From Tubulanus polymorphus (lineage: Eukaryota > Animalia > Nemertea): a stretch of DNA of 64,000 nucleotides. The notes under the pieces are model-generated. The model had not been told where the DNA came from, did no database searches, and saw nothing but the letters and a program-made list of their open reading frames with translations. A program made the translations under genes and the position numbers. Location of the stretch: contig NC_134027.1 in the NCBI RefSeq assembly GCF_964204645.1, positions 9,332,485-9,396,484 on the forward strand, in the 5' to 3' direction. Shown here piece after piece: positions 1 to 10,879 of the stretch. Positions within the stretch are counted from its first letter, which is position 1, and each line of letters starts with the position of its first letter.

Positions 1-1665
1 CGTGTGATTCATACTGGATTCATCTTAACCGGATCCTTACACTATGGACCCGAAACGATTCTATGTACGTACGTGGTTTTGCGCATGCTCCTCGATGACC
101 GCCGTGTTATACATGCTATGATTAAACCAGAGGAAAGACGCATAAACCGTATGGTTATGCGAATCGGAGGTCTACGATAATCATGGGAATGTAATTCACG
201 CTGCAGGTGATCGAACGATAAACACCGATTAATGCCAAATGAAGAGGAAGTCGCTTGTAATCGCTTTTTCTATTTATGAGATGCTGGCGATAGCCGATCA
301 GCGATATAGCCGCGGCGAAACGCCACCCTGGCACTTGTTGCGTACAAAGCACGATAAAAAGCCGCATAAAATACATTTACTGATCAACAAGGCCCAATTT
401 CCGATTATCAAGGTCCTAAAATACGACTATTCGATTACGTGATCATACTTTATGCACGTTAAAGATATCCAGCGTCGGACAAAAAGCTGATATCCCACTT
501 GAAACCGAACTAACACGTAGATATGTCGTTTTCATATGAGGTGAGATCATATCATATTGATTGCTTTTCCGTAAATATTTTTCAATCAACAAATATTTTA
601 TAAAGCATTCCGAGCCTAATGATCATTTGCAGATGATGAATTATTTCGAAATCGTACACAAAGCTTCCTAAGATTCGAGACCACAGTATCGCTCAAGACA
701 TGCACCCAATCCACAGAAATTGCACAATAATCCAGATAAATATATATATATATATAAATAAATATATATAAAATATATATAAACTTCTATTTAAGAACCT
801 TTCATATTTGGCTGAATTATCATCATCATTTATTGAATTACATGAATTGTCATGAACTTTCATCTTACACACGGATATTGTGTATCATCTCGACATACAT
901 TCGCACAGATTCTCTTATGTCCATCGAAACGATCTAATTTTCTTCATACCTCTACTGAATTTGTATTTTCAGTAGAATTCATATCGCCATATAGTTATTT
1001 AGAGCATCATAAAGTCAAGTGAATATCATTCATAAAATCATATTCGCTTGCGTTACCCTGATGTGATTTATTCGTTTGTAACAAATAAGAATGGAAACCA
1101 ATACCTGAAAAAGCACTTGCCACTGTCATAAAATCTTTTACGATCACGATCGTAAATTCAGCGTCAATGCGTCATCGATACAGACGATATAGAGATGTGT
1201 CTGCAATCTATTTTTTTCCAAAAAGTATTTCTATAAGTTCAATCATCAGTGGTAGAGCCGATGTTTTGTAATAGCAATTTCAGATTTCAGGTCTTCGGGT
1301 ACACGCTTACCACCAAGAATTGTTTTATGGCTCGTAAGAATTCTTCGTTTATACTTGAGTTGTTTAAAGTTTCTAACGTTATTTACTCTTATCTTAAGTA
1401 GATGTTTCCCCTTATAGTTTCAGTCTTAATCATATGCTTACAACGGAAACTAACATACTTATATTCAAATTTATTCATAAAATATAATATATACATCAAA
1501 AATCTATTAACATTACCAAATAACCAAAAGCAATGTATTTCATCAATCAGTTGTCAAGTATAAATACTCTGGCAAATCAAATATATATCTCCATTGAATT
1601 CAAATCGAAAAATTATTCATAAGAGGAAATGGGCCTATATGAACGTATAATTGAGCTTTGAAACA

Positions 1666-3885
1666 TCAGTGATGTCCACTGTGCCCATGTTTGTGTTGAT
1701 GTGTGGGTCTGTGTCCGGTACCGTGGTGTCCACGGTTGCATTGGATGGTTGCGTCCCGACTTCTTAACAACTGCGTCCATACGTGTTGGGACGACCTTCT
1801 GATCGTACAACAGTTCGATACATCCCTGCTCACTACCTAAAAGCAGCCAAATAAGAAGCATTAAATTCGAATATTTTATCAACAATGGAGGAGAGGAAGC
1901 TACGCTAAGGCCTACCCGGTATTGTTAAGACATGTGTTAAATTGGCCTCAAATCTGAATATATTAGTTTACTAACAGATTAAGATTCTAGGCCATTTAAA
2001 CATATATAGATAAATAATATATAATAAATAATATGATATCTTAAATGAGGAACACCGGGTTTTTACGCATTCAGTATCTAACTTGCTACCTTCATTGTAC
2101 ATTGGTGAGTGAACATCTGGGCCAGGTTGAAGCTTTGTCGATCGACCTCCTGCGATAATTTCAATCGCTGGCTCGTACCCGACAGATGCGCCCAGGCTGG
2201 ATGATGTGAGTGACTACGTGAAATGAAAGAAACAATTTCATGAATGATTCAGTACATTTATGGTAAGTATGCATGGGATGAATATCAATAGCATAGAATA
2301 CTGAAAAGTAATTTTTAACCGAACGATTAATCAAAATAACCAGTTCAAGTGCCCAAATAGAACGAATGGAGCTGACAAATGCAACTGTACAAAATAGCTC
2401 GCTCAACGAATTTTGCAAGGAAGCTCAAAAACATTATTTGACTTACGCGGTACGGAGCTCGTTACAGGTTTTTCCGGCTGCGTGCATATAGTGGTGTACT
2501 TCCACCGCACCAAGCGACGTACGGTCGGTCCTTTCTATGTTGTAGTGCACATCTACCCATTCACTACCGGGCTACATAGCAAAACAAATACGAGGACATG
2601 TCTTTTTATCAGTGAAAACATTTTCTGTAAATTATCTTTAGATCCAAATATGGAAATTTCCATTCAATTTGTTCGCCATTATAGCGTTGCATGGTCTCAT
2701 ATCATGTTAGGAAACCAAATTCAAACTAATTCCAATTAAGAATGGTCTCATGAAAAAGTCTCTCCTTCTTAGAACTTTTTGTTCGAAGTCCCCAGTCACA
2801 TTCATTACATACATCTCAATAAGCTTAACGTTAACGACGGGTACTAATGCGGACGCTACCGCCCGACACAATAAGACTTGTCCTTGCTCAATAAACGTGC
2901 CAAACGGTGCTACGGCTGTATGTTCATCGTAAGCAGATCTTTCATGAGATACACTTTGAATTCCAGATTAAGCGTCAACATTTGCGTCCAGTTGCAATCG
3001 ATCACATTGCGTTGCAAGCAGTCGCAATAAGTCAACCTGTCCACCTTAATTTTTATTCATAAATATTTACATTGCTTTTTCACGTACCAGATGCCGGAAA
3101 AGTATGTGTCCACCAATTCCACCATTTCGACGGTGATTAAGACAACAACATCCGTAAGTGGCTGGAAATGGGAGAATATACGTATGGAAATTGAAGCTGA
3201 TCCAAATTACTTTGCATATATTTCCAGATTAAAGTGTTATTATTGAAACAAGATCCAAGGTCATTTTTATTAGTGCCGCTATATCTATCTTTAACCAGGG
3301 GGTTAAATTAATCCATTGCCAATTGATTTCAACCCCGATGTTTCTGATGTGACACTGGCCCCAGAAGTGGCGGTTTATCATAGGAATATGTATATTTACC
3401 CGCCACAGGTGAGTCTGCTTGCATGTCGTTAGTCCTCATCCCTTCTACGGCAGCGGGAAGATTTGCTTCTGTTGATTCCTGGTCCAATTCATCGGTGGAT
3501 TGTGGCAATGTGTTGTCGCTTCGTTTGTGATGGTATACGTGCACGTGGTTTCCAGTTGCTTTTTCCTTCTTGCTGCCATCGTGAATGTATATATTTACCG
3601 TGCGTTTGCTTTCAAGTTCGCGCACGAACTTCCAAAGCGCTGATACGTCACGTTCCAGTTTATGGACAGCTCTGAACTCCCCATTTTCATTTTCATTATC
3701 TACCGTTTGAGAATGAACAAAAAAGAATCGTATCAAGTAAGTTTCATATAAAGCTGGTATTCCCGTCTTAATGGGTATGACGTGCGTATTGTAACTTCAA
3801 ACTTACCCTGTTCGACTTCGGAATGATGGTCGCAGTTAACGGCCGCGAAAGCCAAAAATAAAGATACCAACCACAAAATCTTCAT
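1666..3885 (-). CDS. Secreted His-containing protein with highly degenerate Cu/Zn SOD-like domain (paralog A, ~290 aa, 6 exons)
   Basis: Exons 3885-3807, 3699-3400, 3161-3088, 2571-2447, 2213-2090, 1836-1666; all GT-AG, phases 1,1,0,2,0, total 873 nt ending TGA. Signal peptide MKILWLVSLFLAFAAVNC; amphipathic segment AVHKLERDVSALWKFVRELESK; SOD-like segments ATYGCCCL..GIGGHILFRHL, EVHHYMHAAGKTC, SNCCTI; His-rich tail GHHGTGHRPTHQHKHGHSGHH. The SOD assignment is weaker than for the neighbour and leans on shared exon phases. Confidence 0.75.
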
Positions 3886-5014
3886 ATTTAATGTGTATGC
3901 GGTCTACACCGAATGTTTCTACTAGCACAAGTGATACCAGATTTTCTAGTTCGCCTGTTCCGAACAATAGACGATTTTCTCGAAAATGTGTTACTGCGCA
4001 GAAAAACGATAAGATAAGGTATCAATGTTTTCAAGAAATATATTATCATGTAATCGATTATTTTGCTGTACTTATTTGGGGGGTGTTCAACGAATTTTCC
4101 GGTTAATTTCAAGAATTTTGTTTTACTGACGGAACTTGTTCGCAGATTTTTTATCTTTACAGACCGGCCGAAATAAAATGCCCTGGATGGATTACGTATG
4201 TTCAACGGAGAAAACAAAAACAATATTGAGGGTCTAAACGTATTTATCGTTTAGAATTGGTAATGTGGTTGAAACACAGAACACCGTATGACGTAGCGAT
4301 CCCTGTGCCCAGACGTGTTTTTAGCCGTTAGAAATCTACATTACATTCTGATTTAATCCATTGTAATAAATCGGCCTACTCCACGAATCAAGCAACATAG
4401 GCTCAATTTCGTATTAGATTCCGTTGTAGGTAAGTCGTTTTCAATGATATTTCGAAGGTCGTTTTAGGTTGCGTGTGACAGTATTCCTACGAACCTATAC
4501 GAAATCTAGTAAAATAGGTAGGCACATTATACAGTTCAGGGTTCGAGCATTGTGAAATTTGAAAAACGGTCAAACGTTGAACCTTGATAAAGACGACCAG
4601 TATTCAAGAATATGGTAATCTACAATCTGCATTGATCACTTCTACCATATAAGTAAATGAATTCCAGTCCGTATAAGAGACATGCTACGTGGCTGCAAAA
4701 GTTAAATTCGTCTATGCACTTGAAGACTAGATGATGAACAAAGGCGCAAACATAATTTATTTCGGCGCATTTCGACCTCTGAGGAACTGTTAGTTCCGTC
4801 TGGCCTAAAATCTACAATCAAGTTGTATTATTGTTAGCGTACCAATAAAAAGTCAGACAATAGACTCATTTTATTATGATTTCCTTTCGTCGTTAAGATT
4901 CCTAATCGACTTGTGTCAGTACCGACCTCGAGAGATAAATATACTAAAGTGCAAAGATAGACATTCAACCACGAAATTTTCGGAGGATTCATTTGAAGAC
5001 TGCTGTTCAAAGCG

Positions 5015-7689
5015 ATGGGTTGCATGTGGAAATTAGTGGCTGTCACAGCAGCAGTATGTTTGGTGTGGAAAACCGAAATATGTTTTGGTAAGTGCAACGA
5101 GAGGTTGGGAATAGGGTTTGTTGATTGATGATTTGACATTCAGTGCCAATACGGAGAGAAATTATTTATTTCATCTGCTGACAACCAAATAGGAAATCCC
5201 GTTTTCGATGCTGTATTTGACCGGAAATCGGAAGCCAATATCCGGACACGACGTCATGTGAATGATAACACCCATCACCACCACGAAGACAGCCACGAAC
5301 ACGATACCCACCACCACCACGACACCGGTCATCATGGACACGATGACCACCACCATGACAGTAGCCACGTGGATCACCATCACGATCACGGCACTAGCCA
5401 CAGCAGCCATCACCACGGGTCACATCGAGACAGTCATGAGCATCACGACCACCATCACAATCCCCATCATCATCATCAACATGGTACAGCACATCAAGTT
5501 GACACTCATCACAACCATCATCGTGATCACGGCCACCATGATCACCATGAGCCCATCAGTAAGTCAGATATCAGGGTTATCGACGGGTCGTGTCTACCTT
5601 CCATTTTCAAATTTCCATGCTATTTTTGTTGACGCCATCAGAGGAAAGTGGCTTGTGTCCTAACATAACAATCCGGGAAAAATAACTTCAGTTAGACTTT
5701 GCCCTAACCAACTTTGATATCATATTAGTCAGCGACTATTATATATGTGATAAGATTTTAAGCTTTACACAAATGATTAAAGTAACTGCTTATTCTCGGA
5801 TGAGCTTTGAAAACTAGTCCATGTTTTTAAAGGCAGTACATCTACTTCTGGCAAGCACCATGGCCAACACTATGACGCTGTCGTAAAGCATACCGATAAA
5901 CTCGGTCACACTCACAGCGATGTCATACATCATGAACACGCCCGCGAAGAGGATGAACGAACGGCAACCGAGGTTCAACATCTTAGTGGACACCACCACC
6001 ATCATCATCACCACCATGATCACCAGACTGGAAATCTAAATATGACCGATGAAACCCAGGATGATAACAGCACTTCTTCAAATGAATCTCTGACCGGTAA
6101 AGTATACATTTTACTTTTTTTGTTTATTTCAAAACATTTGTCCTTATATACATATAGAAAAAAATAGAAAGCTAATAGAAGCAAATACTTGATAAATGTA
6201 GTGAATTTTTTGAACATTTTTCATACGGCATCCATCGATTGTACTTTCAGAGATTTTTGGTAGATGTGATGTGAATAGTAATGATAATGGACTAGCAATA
6301 AACGGAAGCATCCATCTACGTCAGAAGGTGATCCATTATAAATATTTCATCACAAAAATAATGAGATGTGAAAGTATGATATTGAATGAAATCAATTTAT
6401 CTATTGATGATAATTTGCATCTAATTTTATTTATTTTTCCATCCTATTTATGGCTATGAAGTGTACGAAGAAATGTTGTTGTTGTAATATGAAAGGGAAT
6501 TCGCAACCCGTTGAAATGAAATTGAACTTGAAAACGTCCGGATCACGGGCGGCTACGGGAATTGTGGTCGAATTGCTAGAGTATGGTGTCATCACGCCGA
6601 AATGTGATATGATGGGTGCTCGATTCGGAGGAAATACAAACGCGACTACGAAGTACGTCACTTGCAATTTCGTTTATTACACGACGTTTTATTAGAAGTT
6701 GACTTACATATCATAGGCGGACAATTGAGCGAAGGACGACAATGAGTGAATTTCTTGAAATCGATGCTCAAATTTTCTCTACTAGGCTGGCATCAGGGTG
6801 GAACTTCCTCAATTCCTCAATGGGCGGGAGGCGAGCGGGAGGTTCGTTCGCAGCCACCCCTCCTTAAATATGGGCCCGCACAGTGGATTTGGAGGAGTTA
6901 AAAAAGTTGACGCACGTGAGAGATGTGCGTGATGTCGGCAAAAAACCCAAATGCTGGCACCTTTAGCCTACTTTTGAATGAATTGTAGCTGCAGTAATTA
7001 ATTTTTTCTAACCAGGTGTCTAACGTCTTTATTCTAAAAAAATCTCTTTGATGTACTACTTTCTATTCTAAATAATTTAGCATTAGAATTGCAAAGTGCA
7101 GAACCTGCACCTGGTGTAGATAAATTGAATGGGCCATATCGCTACTGTAAAATGTCCAATGGCTAAATCATAGTAATCGTGATAATGAATATTACACATA
7201 TCGAATAAGAAATTTCATTCAACTTGGAGACCATGCGGCAGTAACGTACGCATGGATGTAAAATATGATAGAAATTATATTCTAAATACATATTTTTCAT
7301 TTCAAATTTAAGGAATATAAGTACTCACGTAAGCGTTATACCTAATGAAGCTGGGGAAGTTGTTACTAAACTAGAAGGACAAGGGTTAACCCTCCGAGGA
7401 AAGGATACCATATTTGGAAGAGGGATTAAGGTTAGTTAGTATATTCGTATGTCAACAACTTAATGGGTGCATAATGAATTGTAAAACAAGTATATACTGT
7501 GACAAGTAACATTTTTTTTTGAAATACGCGGAATTCATAAATTCTTAGATCGGGAGGCGATGTCTTACAGTTGTTTTTTTAATCTCATTACAGATGACAA
7601 CGACGGTCAGTGAACCGGACCACGACCTGTTAGTCAACTGTTGCGTGATCAGCCAGGCGCCATCGGATCCAATATGGGACACGAATTAA
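5015..7689 (+). CDS. Secreted histidine-rich protein with C-terminal degenerate Cu/Zn SOD domain (paralog B, ~394 aa, 7 exons)
   Basis: Exons 5015-5087, 5193-5558, 5833-6096, 6251-6327, 6462-6652, 7313-7430, 7594-7689; phases 1,1,1,0,2,0; 1185 nt ending TAA. Signal peptide MGCMWKLVAVTAAVCLVWKTEICFG, RTRR site, His-rich exons, then GRCDV..INGSIHLRQK, ELLEYGVITPKCDMMGARF, NEAGEVVTKLEGQGLTLRGKDTIFGRGI, NCCVI. The acceptor at 6462 is the least certain junction. Confidence 0.82.
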
Positions 7690-8619
7690 CTAACTCAATT
7701 CATCGGCTTTAAGGAAATTCTAAATATAAGTCTAACGAAAGATGTCATTTGAACGATATACAAGTATACACCAGTCTCTAATGACATTGGTTAGTCGTTT
7801 TTTCTCGATCTAATCTATCAATGCTTCGTCAGACGGGGGCTGGATCTAAACCACAGGAAAAACCGATTATGAAAGATATGTATTTTGGTTAAAACTGAAA
7901 GGCGACGGCGGACGTTCCCAGGGGTGTATTCAGGGTGTGGTCTTGGCGGTCCGGACCTCTTACTTTCCACCGAGGTTGCCCTTTCCAAGAAGACATATAA
8001 ATCGTTAAAACCTGCAAATTTGACGATCAACCTAACGGAACTTGCATCTTCATGGGTGAAATTCTTCAAAAATATCTTCATCACCGAGGGCGGGACCCGG
8101 TCCTGCTTCATACCCCTAGTGGCGTTACGTGGCTGATTCATCAGAGAAATGCATTCCGTATCCTAGATCCTGGTCTTCCAATTTTCCTACATCCGTGGTC
8201 GACGAATGCTTCACAAGCGAAAAGAATTCTCGAGAGAAACCAGATACAAAACTGAAGAAACAAAACTATATATTTTTTTGTTACAAACTTACTTCTTATT
8301 TCATTTACGATATAGTCATCGATCATCGATATTTCACGAACAATTTTACATCTCGGTTAAAACCATCAATCAATTCATATTCAATCTATAGCGTGAATAT
8401 CAACGAGCGGCTCTTGTTTATATCTTCCGATTAATGATTGAAAAATTCCCATCGAAAGCGAAAGCACAGTGTCGACGACTCCAGCCACGAACCGTACTCC
8501 GTACTCGGTAGCTATCGGAGAAAATCTAAGTTAGTATCGAAGCAATATTTTCCACGATTAGTCTACTACAAAACGTCTTTCAACTACGCGAAAAGTTGAT
8601 CGCTTAGATTAAAAATCTA

Positions 8620-8793
8620 CAGTCGAACTCGCTTAATTCGGATCGGTTTGATACGGATTTCGATCTAATCCGGATCTCAGGTTCAGTCCACCTATGCATA
8701 AACGTATGTTAATATGTTGTTTTATTCGGATTCTCATAAACCGGATGAATTCCATTGATCCTGAATGATCCGAATTAAGAGGGGGTTCCACTG
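8620..8793. mobile_element. Tc1/mariner (pogo/Tigger-like) MITE, copy 1
   Basis: TA|CAGTCGAACTCGCTTAATTCGGATC ... GATCCGAATTAAGAGGGGGTTCCACTG|TA: terminal inverted repeats, TA target duplication, 174 bp, no ORF. Confidence 0.75.
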
Positions 8794-8805
8794 TAGTTTA
8801 CATAG

Positions 8806-9204
8806 GAGACGAGTAGTACTATTATGGGTAGGTTAACTAATTCATTTGGCGCATGAGCTTTCGCTACTCAAGTATACAGTAGAATTCGCTAAATTCGGAT
8901 CATTCTGGACCAACAAAATTCATCCATTTTACGGGAAATCCCGATTAAAAGTAATTTTCTTGTATATTAGTGAACAAATGGACTGCAAATATTGTCCGGA
9001 TTAGACCAAAATTTGGATTAAGCCGATCAGGATTAAGCGGGTTTGACCGTAGTAGCTTCATCAGGTGAATGAGTATAATCAACGGGAAAATAACATTATT
9101 TTTCCATTGATTATACTAAATTCACCTGATAAAGCTACTATACATTAGAAGCGAAGGCTCTTGCGCCAAATAAAATAGTTAACCTATAAAGTACAACCCG
9201 TCTC
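8806..9204. mobile_element. Foldback (fully palindromic) element of ~225 bp interrupted by a MITE
   Basis: 8806-8876 is the imperfect reverse complement of 9139-9204, and 9050-9140 is a near-perfect hairpin; removing 8877-9049 plus one TA restores one continuous palindrome. Confidence 0.7.
8877..9049. mobile_element. Tc1/mariner-like MITE, copy 2 (inverted relative to copy 1)
   Basis: TA|CAGTAGAATTCGCTAAATTCGGATC ... GATCAGGATTAAGCGGGTTTGACCG|TA; 173 bp; same termini as 8620-8793. Confidence 0.7.
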
Positions 9205-10879
9205 GTGGTATTCATTCTACACCCGGTTTACACGACTCCTCTACGAATAGACAGGGAACGAAAATCAGCGCCAGGGTCCATCTTTCATCTACTTGGTAGT
9301 AGTAGTAGCTCCGTAGTTGCAATGAGAATTCCTGGATAAAATGACACGAGTAAATAACTAATTCTTAGTTCGAATCTAAATCGCAAAAAATGCCACTCTA
9401 GGTCATTCGATAATACGAGATTAATATCATCATCATTCGGGCACTGCCCGCAATTTTGTGAGAGCTAACAAAATTAATGTGGACATACATACATTAATGT
9501 AAACATACCATAAACCGACGAAAATTCGATGTACAATGTGTACTTTTGTTTTTACCTAAGACGCATATCTCTATGCGGCCATAACTAATTGACATTAGGT
9601 TTTAGACCATTTTCTACTGTGTGGTTATCATACAAGAAAATCTTAAAACCTCAGTAGACGCGTTGGCGACGATTCAATAGAGATATCATAATGAAAACAA
9701 GGGGCCGGTTAATCTAAGGTCGTTGAATGTCAACCCAGTTCCGCAGTCAGGCTTTGGAAAAAGATCGGGCTTTTAAGTCACGACCGATTTTAAGTCAAAA
9801 TAGAACTGAATTGAATCTTTCAGAATTAAACCCATTTTTGCACATAAGTCCGGACTCTGGAACCGTGCCCGTGATTATAAATGCATTGATAACGATTCTA
9901 ATATTATCGTTACCATGCTATTCTTCACACTGTTCAACACTAAACAATCTTCGAAGAACTGGGCTTTTCAATGGATAACTTTGCCCGTCAATGCCGGGAA
10001 TTTTCATCTAATCTCCATTTAAAGCGATGTTAGTGGTTAAGAAGCCCGTAAATAATCTCAAATGAAGTCTTACACACAGCAAATAACGAAATCGACGCTA
10101 TCGATAAGACCCTAATAATCGACTATAAACCCGTACACACTCATAAACCATATTGAAGATTAATAGAAACTTTTAAAGATCTTAGCATATATCACACACT
10201 GTTTCTCAGCTCTAATGGAACATCAAATATCAGTCCACACTTCGTACACAAAATACGACGCTTGAACAAAAATTGTTTGGCAAAAAAAAAACAACGCTCG
10301 ATTATGACATCACTAATTGTAGTGTAGAAACAGAAGACGAACTAAATATTACTCGGAAATACATATTAAGGTAAACGCTTTCTTTTCGTAAGACGAGATA
10401 GCGGATAAGCTAGCAACTAAAGAACAACTTTCAATCGAATTACTTCTCGAATTACTGCGCATTCTCCCGTAGAGCACAAACGGAACATGTTATTTAGTCT
10501 ACGATAGGAACAGTTGTCTGAAATGCGAACAGTTGGCCGCTGTGCGCATGTGTTCATTACGATTATTTTTTTTCAAACCAAAGATATGATTATCAACTTG
10601 ATTACGTGTGTATGCGTGCGCACGTGTGTGTTTGTGTTTTCACTTGTAACACGCGCCAACGAATTGTCTGAATTAATATAGTAGTAGTTTTTTCCCGAAT
10701 CGGTCCATAATATTGTGATGAATACAAGTGGTCTCGGGCTGCGTGTGGTGATATACGATATAACGTAGATCCGGAGCGGTAACGCCCACATTCTATTCAT
10801 AAAGCCGCCCTCGCCGTCGTAATTGTCTTTTAGTAGTCGTATTATCATCAGCTATACAAATCATACTTGTATTCGAATA

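Noticed and set aside
1-480. CpG-richer stretch with short ORFs at the window start
   Set aside because: No frame gives a recognisable protein or consistent splice structure; may be a UTR or the truncated edge of a neighbouring gene.
3886-5014. Metal-response elements (TGCRCNC) expected in the shared promoter of the His-rich pair
   Set aside because: Only near-matches found by eye (e.g. TGCACTT); no support for MTF-1 control.
5262-5663. 133-aa Thr/Ile/Met-rich ORF and antisense Val/Met-rich ORFs
   Set aside because: Alternative-frame shadows of the CAY-rich His exon; splice phases select the His frame.
7818-8530. Overlapping 60-107 aa ORFs and possible minus-strand splice sites
   Set aside because: No recognisable homology and candidate frames are interrupted by stops; possibly a lncRNA or decayed fragment, not supportable.
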